Source: Azolla caroliniana
Taxonomy: Eukaryota > Plantae > Polypodiophyta
Assembly (NCBI GenBank): GCA_043228905.1
Contig: JBHGNT010000696.1
Span: 1 to 17,441 of the forward strand
DNA length: 17,441 nt
Direction: 5' to 3'
The notes under the pieces were generated by a model, which was not told where the DNA came from, searched no databases, and saw only the letters and a list, made by a program, of their open reading frames with translations. Shown one piece after another: positions 1 to 7,019 of the stretch; the first letter of the stretch is position 1, and each line of letters begins with the position of its first letter. The position numbers and the translations under genes were made by a program.

Positions 1-334
1 AACGCGTGTCGTCGTCCGTATGTTGGTCGCAATGGATTCTAAACCCCCTCGTGGCCACAACCACCGATAACGTTTTCGTGGAGAGAACCAACACCCTAAA
101 AACCTTTTCTCACCACCTTATCCTCGTTTTACGAGGCCCATACGCACTCTACAACCTCAATGGCATCACATGTGTAGGTGGCTATCATGAGGTTACATAC
201 TGTCTACGTTGCAATATGGACGAAGCGTCCATAGGTTAGTAGATTTGAAATGCCCAAGTGCATAATCCCACTCCTGGTGTGATGGAGGTGAGTATAGGGC
301 TAGTGATATGGTAGGTCGAAGCAGGAGGATCCTG

Positions 335-470
335 GACACGTAAAGGGGGGGTGGATAAAAGTGAATGGTCTCTTCCGTGGCCCAAGTATGGATCATGCCA
401 TTAACGTCTATAGGAATGGACGTGGGAAGGGACAGCAGCTGGTATCAACGCAGAGTACTTGTGTATATAA
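335..470 (+). promoter_or_regulatory. Proximal promoter of copy 1: ABRE-like boxes and TATA box; RY boxes overwritten by adapter sequence
   Basis: GACACGTA 335-342 (TACGTGTC on - strand), ACGTGG 420-425, TATATAA 464-470. Confidence 0.6.
434..459 (+). other. Library adapter sequence (SMART/ISPCR cDNA oligo, also the PacBio ultra-low-input amplification adapter) embedded in copy 1; likely artefact
   Basis: AGCAG-c-TGGTATCAACGCAGAGTACT vs adapter AAGCAGTGGTATCAACGCAGAGTACT: a 20-nt exact match at 440-459 plus AGCAG at 434-438. It occupies the position of the RY boxes seen in the 7 other copies. Confidence 0.95.
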
Positions 471-499
471 GGGTGGATCAACCATGACACACTCAAATA

Positions 500-524
500 A
501 AGCAGAGAGATCAACGGGGAGTTC
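500..524 (+). other. Second, degenerate adapter/genomic hybrid segment in the copy 1 5' region; likely artefact
   Basis: AAGCAGagagATCAACGgggAGTtc matches AAGCAGTGGTATCAACGCAGAGTAC at 19/25 positions without gaps. The other copies read GGCGGAGAGAGAACCGGGGTAGTTC here. Confidence 0.8.
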
Positions 525-536
525 CGAACACAAGCA

Positions 537-1574
537 ATGGCGAAGCTCACTATCATATTCCTCATGGCGGTTATCATGCTAGCCGCCTGCGGCGCGGCCA
601 ATGCTAGATCTGTAGGACGGGATCGCGAAGAGGAGAGGCGCGATCGACGTAGGGAGGAGGATGTCGACGAGGAGAGGCGCAGCGGACGTCGTGAGGGATC
701 CATCGATGAGGGGCGCTACAGAGACAACAAGAGAGAGTCGGATGAGGACCGGGATCGTCGCAGTCACGATCGCGATGAGCCACGTGAGGAGAGGCGCGAT
801 CGACGCAGGGAGGAGGATTTCGATGAGGAGAGGCGCGGGGGACGTCGCGAGGGGTCCATCGAGGAGGGGCGCTACGGAGACAACAAGAGAGAGTCCGAAG
901 AGGAACGGGATCGTCGCGGTCGCGATCGTGATGAGTCACGTGACGAGAGGCGCGATCGACGCAGGGAGGAGGATGTCGAGCAGGAGAGGCGCGACCGACG
1001 TCGTGAAGGATCCCTCGATGAAGGACGTCGCAGAGACAACAAGAGAGAGTCCGAAGAGGAACGGGATCGTCGCGGCCGCGATCGCGATGAGCCACGAGAC
1101 CGAGAGTTGAGGCAAGAGTGCCAAAACTTCGTCGATAGGCAGGTCCGCCACCTACAAGAACGTAATGAGAAGGAAGAACGTGGACGAAGCCGTCGCACCT
1201 CTTGGGATGAAATCAGCCGATATGCAAGGCCCTCCGAAAGATGCTGCAGGAACGTGGAACAAATCCCCGTAGAAGAGCGTTGCAACCGCCTCCGCGAGGC
1301 CTTATACATTAGCGGAGAAGAGGCACGCAATGATGGTCACCGCCATAACCAAGTGTCAAGGGAACGTCGTCAATGGGAAGAGGATGCCGAGCGAGAGAGA
1401 GACAGTAGCGAGCGCGAGGAGGACGAGCGCCGTTATCGCATGACCGGACGACAAGATGAGGAACAACGTCGTCGTTTCAAGGCCGGTGAGGAGGAACAAC
1501 TTCTAAGCGTGGCAACCTCTCGCCTTCTCCAACAATGTGATCTTCGCCCACGCGCTTGTATTCGCCACTTTTAA
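537..1574 (+). CDS. Secreted Arg/Glu-rich 2S albumin/prolamin-superfamily storage-protein-like precursor, 345 aa, copy 1
   Basis: Longest ORF in the unit, good initiation context (GCAATGGC), TATA box ~70 bp upstream. Signal peptide MAKLTIIFLMAVIMLAACGAANA with an A-x-A cleavage site. Cys skeleton C195..C236C237-X9-E247-R-C249..C334-X6-C341 with albumin-like contexts LRQECQNFV, CCRNVEQIPVEERCNRLREAL and ATSRLLQQCDLRPRAC. Family call is from motif recognition, not a database search. Confidence 0.88.
   Translation: MAKLTIIFLMAVIMLAACGAANARSVGRDREEERRDRRREEDVDEERRSGRREGSIDEGRYRDNKRESDEDRDRRSHDRDEPREERRDRRREEDFDEERRGGRREGSIEEGRYGDNKRESEEERDRRGRDRDESRDERRDRRREEDVEQERRDRRREGSLDEGRRRDNKRESEEERDRRGRDRDEPRDRELRQECQNFVDRQVRHLQERNEKEERGRSRRTSWDEISRYARPSERCCRNVEQIPVEERCNRLREALYISGEEARNDGHRHNQVSRERRQWEEDAERERDSSEREEDERRYRMTGRQDEEQRRRFKAGEEEQLLSVATSRLLQQCDLRPRACIRHF
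630..1097 (+). repeat. Intragenic tandem repeat, 3 x 156 bp (3 x 52 aa; 630-785, 786-941, 942-1097); present in every copy at +2161 steps
   Basis: EERRDRRREEDVDEERRSGRREGSIDEGRYRDNKRESDEDRDRRSHDRDEPR / EERRDRRREEDFDEERRGGRREGSIEEGRYGDNKRESEEERDRRGRDRDESR / DERRDRRREEDVEQERRDRRREGSLDEGRRRDNKRESEEERDRRGRDRDEPR align without gaps. Confidence 0.97.
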
Positions 1575-1699
1575 AGAACGTACATAACTTTTTCAACTAT
1601 ACACTTTCTGAACATCGTAAATGTAAATGGTGTGCTCTGTGTGGTGTCTTGACGTTCTCATAACCCTCTCAATCATATTTCTCCCACGCTCGCGCACAA

Positions 1700-1719
1700 C
1701 ACGCACGCACGCACGCACG
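1700..1719. repeat. (CACG)5 microsatellite downstream of the stop codon; present in each unit
   Basis: CACGCACGCACGCACGCACG seen directly, same length in all 8 copies. Confidence 0.9.
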
Positions 1720-1820
1720 ATCAGGTCGCGTGCCCTCGCTCGCTCATTGCACAAGCAAAATGAAACTCCACGCACACATGATTAGGTAACGTGCCCACAC
1801 GCACACTACCCACTCCCACC

Positions 1821-1860
1821 CTACCTATATCTATCTCTATCCATCTATCGCTATCTCTCT
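1821..1860. repeat. Degenerate (CTAT)n/(CT)n low-complexity tract in the intergenic spacer; present in each unit
   Basis: CTACCTATATCTATCTCTATCCATCTATCGCTATCTCTCT. Confidence 0.6.
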
Positions 1861-2162
1861 CACGAGCAACGCGAAACTCGTCAAACGTCGATGCCATCAC
1901 AATGTTGTATTGAAGCCACCCTCATACAATGCCGTGTCTCGCCGTACCATGATGTGCGCAATAGTAGTGGCTGATCGTAACTCCTACTACAAACATGATT
2001 CCACATGAAATTCCCATGTCTATCTACCATTTTCATCATCGTGTGAACCAACCAACCCACGCATGTTTCACCTAGAAATGTTGTCCTTGAATGGTGCCAC
2101 CTTCATATTCCTCCGGTGGTTGCAGCGTCCACAACGACGACGGATCTTGTAATCACAATGAA

Positions 2163-2172
2163 AACGCGTGTC
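2163..2172 (+). promoter_or_regulatory. CE3-like (ABA coupling element) motif AACGCGTGTC, once per unit (also 1-10, 4324-4333, etc.)
   Basis: Contains the ACGCGTGTC core of CE3 elements of ABA-responsive LEA gene promoters, but lies ~530 bp upstream of the ATG and ~330 bp from the nearest ABRE-like box, so it may be a chance match. Confidence 0.3.
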
Positions 2173-2496
2173 GTCGTCCGTATGTTGGTCGCAATGGATT
2201 CTAAACCCCCTCGTGGCCACAACCACCGATAACGTTTTCGTGGAGAGAACCAACACCCTAAAAACCTTTTCTCACCACCTTATCCTCGTTTTACGAGGCC
2301 CATACGCACTCTACAACCTCAATGGCATCACATGTGTAGGTGGCTATCATGAGGTTACATACTGTCTACGTTGCAATATGGACGAAGCGTCCATAGGTTA
2401 GTAGATTTGAAATGCCCAAGTGCATAATCCCACTCCTGGTGTGATGGAGGTGAGTATAGGGCTAGTGATATGGTAGGTCGAAGCAGGAGGATCCTG

Positions 2497-2631
2497 GACA
2501 CGTAAAGGGGGGTGGATAAAAGTGAATGGTCTCTTCCGTGGCCCAAGTATGGATCATGCCATTAACGTCTATAGGAATGGACGTGGGAAGGGACATGCAT
2601 GTACTAGACATGCATGGCCTTGTGTATATAA
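2497..2631 (+). promoter_or_regulatory. Seed/spore-maturation-type promoter, copy 2: ABRE-like boxes, double RY element, TATA box
   Basis: GACACGTA 2497-2504, ACGTGG 2581-2586, CATGCATG 2594-2601 and 2609-2616, TATATAA 2625-2631; ATG at 2698. Confidence 0.75.
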
Positions 2632-2697
2632 GGGTGGATCAACCATGACACACTCAAATAGGCGGAGAGAGAACCGGGGTAGTTCCGAACACAAGCA

Positions 2698-3735
2698 ATG
2701 GCGAAGCTCACTATCATATTCCTCATGGCGGTTATCATGCTAGCCGCCTGCGGCGCGGCCAATGCTAGATCTGTAGGACGGGATCGCGAAGAGGAGAGGC
2801 GCGATCGACGTAGGGAGGAGGATGTCGACGAGGAGAGGCGCAGCGGACGTCGTGAGGGATCCATCGATGAGGGGCGCTACAGAGACAACAAGAGAGAGTC
2901 GGATGAGGACCGGGATCGTCGCAGTCACGATCGCGATGAGCCACGTGAGGAGAGGCGCGATCGACGCAGGGAGGAGGATTTCGATGAGGAGAGGCGCGGG
3001 GGACGTCGCGAGGGGTCCATCGAGGAGGGGCGCTACGGAGACAACAAGAGAGAGTCCGAAGAGGAACGGGATCGTCGCGGTCGCGATCGTGATGAGTCAC
3101 GTGACGAGAGGCGCGATCGACGCAGGGAGGAGGATGTCGAGCAGGAGAGGCGCGACCGACGTCGTGAAGGATCCCTCGATGAAGGACGTCGCAGAGACAA
3201 CAAGAGAGAGTCCGAAGAGGAACGGGATCGTCGCGGCCGCGATCGCGATGAGCCACGAGACCGAGAGTTGAGGCAAGAGTGCCAAAACTTCGTCGATAGG
3301 CAGGTCCGCCACCTACAAGAACGTAATGAGAAGGAAGAACGTGGACGAAGCCGTCGCACCTCTTGGGATGAAATCAGCCGATATGCAAGGCCCTCCGAAA
3401 GATGCTGCAGGAACGTGGAACAAATCCCCGTAGAAGAGCGTTGCAACCGCCTCCGCGAGGCCTTATACATTAGCGGAGAAGAGGCACGCAATGATGGTCA
3501 CCGCCATAACCAAGTGTCAAGGGAACGTCGTCAATGGGAAGAGGATGCCGAGCGAGAGAGAGACAGTAGCGAGCGCGAGGAGGACGAGCGCCGTTATCGC
3601 ATGACCGGACGACAAGATGAGGAACAACGTCGTCGTTTCAAGGCCGGTGAGGAGGAACAACTTCTAAGCGTGGCAACCTCTCGCCTTCTCCAACAATGTG
3701 ATCTTCGCCCACGCGCTTGTATTCGCCACTTTTAA
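2698..3735 (+). CDS. Secreted Arg/Glu-rich 2S albumin/prolamin-like precursor, copy 2
   Basis: Translation identical to copy 1; intact RY-RY-TATA promoter upstream. Confidence 0.88.
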   Translation: MAKLTIIFLMAVIMLAACGAANARSVGRDREEERRDRRREEDVDEERRSGRREGSIDEGRYRDNKRESDEDRDRRSHDRDEPREERRDRRREEDFDEERRGGRREGSIEEGRYGDNKRESEEERDRRGRDRDESRDERRDRRREEDVEQERRDRRREGSLDEGRRRDNKRESEEERDRRGRDRDEPRDRELRQECQNFVDRQVRHLQERNEKEERGRSRRTSWDEISRYARPSERCCRNVEQIPVEERCNRLREALYISGEEARNDGHRHNQVSRERRQWEEDAERERDSSEREEDERRYRMTGRQDEEQRRRFKAGEEEQLLSVATSRLLQQCDLRPRACIRHF

Positions 3736-4657
3736 AGAACGTACATAACTTTTTCAACTATACACTTTCTGAACATCGTAAATGTAAATGGTGTGCTCTG
3801 TGTGGTGTCTTGACGTTCTCATAACCCTCTCAATCATATTTCTCCCACGCTCGCGCACAACACGCACGCACGCACGCACGATCAGGTCGCGTGCCCTCGC
3901 TCGCTCATTGCACAAGCAAAATGAAACTCCACGCACACATGATTAGGTAACGTGCCCACACGCACACTACCCACTCCCACCCTACCTATATCTATCTCTA
4001 TCCATCTATCGCTATCTCTCTCACGAGCAACGCGAAACTCGTCAAACGTCGATGCCATCACAATGTTGTATTGAAGCCACCCTCATACAATGCCGTGTCT
4101 CGCCGTACCATGATGTGCGCAATAGTAGTGGCTGATCGTAACTCCTACTACAAACATGATTCCACATGAAATTCCCATGTCTATCTACCATTTTCATCAT
4201 CGTGTGAACCAACCAACCCACGCATGTTTCACCTAGAAATGTTGTCCTTGAATGGTGCCACCTTCATATTCCTCCGGTGGTTGCAGCGTCCACAACGACG
4301 ACGGATCTTGTAATCACAATGAAAACGCGTGTCGTCGTCCGTATGTTGGTCGCAATGGATTCTAAACCCCCTCGTGGCCACAACCACCGATAACGTTTTC
4401 GTGGAGAGAACCAACACCCTAAAAACCTTTTCTCACCACCTTATCCTCGTTTTACGAGGCCCATACGCACTCTACAACCTCAATGGCATCACATGTGTAG
4501 GTGGCTATCATGAGGTTACATACTGTCTACGTTGCAATATGGACGAAGCGTCCATAGGTTAGTAGATTTGAAATGCCCAAGTGCATAATCCCACTCCTGG
4601 TGTGATGGAGGTGAGTATAGGGCTAGTGATATGGTAGGTCGAAGCAGGAGGATCCTG

Positions 4658-4792
4658 GACACGTAAAGGGGGGTGGATAAAAGTGAATGGTCTCTTCCGT
4701 GGCCCAAGTATGGATCATGCCATTAACGTCTATAGGAATGGACGTGGGAAGGGACATGCATGTACTAGACATGCATGGCCTTGTGTATATAA
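4658..4792 (+). promoter_or_regulatory. ABRE/RY/RY/TATA promoter, copy 3
   Basis: Same motifs as copy 2; RY pair 4755-4777, TATATAA 4786-4792. Confidence 0.75.
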
Positions 4793-4858
4793 GGGTGGAT
4801 CAACCATGACACACTCAAATAGGCGGAGAGAGAACCGGGGTAGTTCCGAACACAAGCA

Positions 4859-5896
4859 ATGGCGAAGCTCACTATCATATTCCTCATGGCGGTTATCATG
4901 CTAGCCGCCTGCGGCGCGGCCAATGCTAGATCTGTAGGACGGGATCGCGAAGAGGAGAGGCGCGATCGACGTAGGGAGGAGGATGTCGACGAGGAGAGGC
5001 GCAGCGGACGTCGTGAGGGATCCATCGATGAGGGGCGCTACAGAGACAACAAGAGAGAGTCGGATGAGGACCGGGATCGTCGCAGTCACGATCGCGATGA
5101 GCCACGTGAGGAGAGGCGCGATCGACGCAGGGAGGAGGATTTCGATGAGGAGAGGCGCGGGGGACGTCGCGAGGGGTCCATCGAGGAGGGGCGCTACGGA
5201 GACAACAAGAGAGAGTCCGAAGAGGAACGGGATCGTCGCGGTCGCGATCGTGATGAGTCACGTGACGAGAGGCGCGATCGACGCAGGGAGGAGGATGTCG
5301 AGCAGGAGAGGCGCGACCGACGTCGTGAAGGATCCCTCGATGAAGGACGTCGCAGAGACAACAAGAGAGAGTCCGAAGAGGAACGGGATCGTCGCGGCCG
5401 CGATCGCGATGAGCCACGAGACCGAGAGTTGAGGCAAGAGTGCCAAAACTTCGTCGATAGGCAGGTCCGCCACCTACAAGAACGTAATGAGAAGGAAGAA
5501 CGTGGACGAAGCCGTCGCACCTCTTGGGATGAAATCAGCCGATATGCAAGGCCCTCCGAAAGATGCTGCAGGAACGTGGAACAAATCCCCGTAGAAGAGC
5601 GTTGCAACCGCCTCCGCGAGGCCTTATACATTAGCGGAGAAGAGGCACGCAATGATGGTCACCGCCATAACCAAGTGTCAAGGGAACGTCGTCAATGGGA
5701 AGAGGATGCCGAGCGAGAGAGAGACAGTAGCGAGCGCGAGGAGGACGAGCGCCGTTATCGCATGACCGGACGACAAGATGAGGAACAACGTCGTCGTTTC
5801 AAGGCCGGTGAGGAGGAACAACTTCTAAGCGTGGCAACCTCTCGCCTTCTCCAACAATGTGATCTTCGCCCACGCGCTTGTATTCGCCACTTTTAA
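4859..5896 (+). CDS. Secreted Arg/Glu-rich 2S albumin/prolamin-like precursor, copy 3
   Basis: Translation identical to copy 1. Confidence 0.88.
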   Translation: MAKLTIIFLMAVIMLAACGAANARSVGRDREEERRDRRREEDVDEERRSGRREGSIDEGRYRDNKRESDEDRDRRSHDRDEPREERRDRRREEDFDEERRGGRREGSIEEGRYGDNKRESEEERDRRGRDRDESRDERRDRRREEDVEQERRDRRREGSLDEGRRRDNKRESEEERDRRGRDRDEPRDRELRQECQNFVDRQVRHLQERNEKEERGRSRRTSWDEISRYARPSERCCRNVEQIPVEERCNRLREALYISGEEARNDGHRHNQVSRERRQWEEDAERERDSSEREEDERRYRMTGRQDEEQRRRFKAGEEEQLLSVATSRLLQQCDLRPRACIRHF

Positions 5897-6818
5897 AGAA
5901 CGTACATAACTTTTTCAACTATACACTTTCTGAACATCGTAAATGTAAATGGTGTGCTCTGTGTGGTGTCTTGACGTTCTCATAACCCTCTCAATCATAT
6001 TTCTCCCACGCTCGCGCACAACACGCACGCACGCACGCACGATCAGGTCGCGTGCCCTCGCTCGCTCATTGCACAAGCAAAATGAAACTCCACGCACACA
6101 TGATTAGGTAACGTGCCCACACGCACACTACCCACTCCCACCCTACCTATATCTATCTCTATCCATCTATCGCTATCTCTCTCACGAGCAACGCGAAACT
6201 CGTCAAACGTCGATGCCATCACAATGTTGTATTGAAGCCACCCTCATACAATGCCGTGTCTCGCCGTACCATGATGTGCGCAATAGTAGTGGCTGATCGT
6301 AACTCCTACTACAAACATGATTCCACATGAAATTCCCATGTCTATCTACCATTTTCATCATCGTGTGAACCAACCAACCCACGCATGTTTCACCTAGAAA
6401 TGTTGTCCTTGAATGGTGCCACCTTCATATTCCTCCGGTGGTTGCAGCGTCCACAACGACGACGGATCTTGTAATCACAATGAAAACGCGTGTCGTCGTC
6501 CGTATGTTGGTCGCAATGGATTCTAAACCCCCTCGTGGCCACAACCACCGATAACGTTTTCGTGGAGAGAACCAACACCCTAAAAACCTTTTCTCACCAC
6601 CTTATCCTCGTTTTACGAGGCCCATACGCACTCTACAACCTCAATGGCATCACATGTGTAGGTGGCTATCATGAGGTTACATACTGTCTACGTTGCAATA
6701 TGGACGAAGCGTCCATAGGTTAGTAGATTTGAAATGCCCAAGTGCATAATCCCACTCCTGGTGTGATGGAGGTGAGTATAGGGCTAGTGATATGGTAGGT
6801 CGAAGCAGGAGGATCCTG

Positions 6819-6953
6819 GACACGTAAAGGGGGGTGGATAAAAGTGAATGGTCTCTTCCGTGGCCCAAGTATGGATCATGCCATTAACGTCTATAGGAAT
6901 GGACGTGGGAAGGGACATGCATGTACTAGACATGCATGGCCTTGTGTATATAA
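6819..6953 (+). promoter_or_regulatory. ABRE/RY/RY/TATA promoter, copy 4
   Basis: RY pair 6916-6938, TATATAA 6947-6953. Confidence 0.75.
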
Positions 6954-7019
6954 GGGTGGATCAACCATGACACACTCAAATAGGCGGAGAGAGAACCGGG
7001 GTAGTTCCGAACACAAGCA

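Noticed and set aside
6-239. 77-aa ORF and other short spacer ORFs (60-73 aa) in each unit
   Set aside because: The 77-aa and 73-aa ORFs start at GTG, not ATG, in what looks like a eukaryotic locus. None has a recognisable motif, and their conservation only reflects unit identity.
345-351. G7 in copy 1 versus G6 in all other copies
   Set aside because: A homopolymer length difference next to a demonstrably mis-polished region; most likely a sequencing or consensus error.
434-524. Copy 1 as a naturally diverged promoter lacking RY elements (sub-functionalised copy)
   Set aside because: The divergent bases match a commercial library adapter, so artefact is far more likely.
484-582. Upstream out-of-frame ATG (ACCATGA) as a regulatory uORF overlapping the main start
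   Set aside because: It lies only ~14 nt after the TATA box, probably upstream of the transcription start, so it is unlikely to be in the mRNA. TSS mapping would settle it.
630-1097. CRISPR-like or mobile-element interpretation of the repeats
   Set aside because: The repeats are in-frame coding units with no unique spacers. There is no cas, transposase, integrase or RT ORF, LTR or TIR in the unit.
604-1330. Long overlapping ORFs on the - strand (163 aa, 152 aa, 100/86 aa, 71 aa, 62 aa) and in an alternative + frame (149 aa), repeated in each unit
   Set aside because: Shadow frames of a GC-rich, low-complexity R/E/D repeat that lacks stops in other frames. The products are Ser/Arg/Leu/Pro-rich mirror sequences with no recognisable domain or promoter.
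537-1574. SR/RNA-binding splicing factor, trichohyalin-like or vicilin/cupin assignment based on R/E/D richness
   Set aside because: The similarity is compositional only. A signal peptide and albumin-like Cys skeleton are present, while RRM, cupin beta-barrel and CxxxC hairpin motifs are absent.
1575-1700. Defined polyadenylation signal or terminator
   Set aside because: No canonical AATAAA. The TGTAA and GT-rich stretch (about 1615-1651) is compatible with plant 3'-end elements but too degenerate to call.
2134-2177. Inverted repeat ACGACGAC / GTCGTCGT and other short stems in the spacer (e.g. TAGTAG / CTACTA near 1962-1989) as MITE ends or an RNA hairpin
   Set aside because: Stems are only 6-8 bp, no target-site duplication is evident, and such matches are expected by chance.
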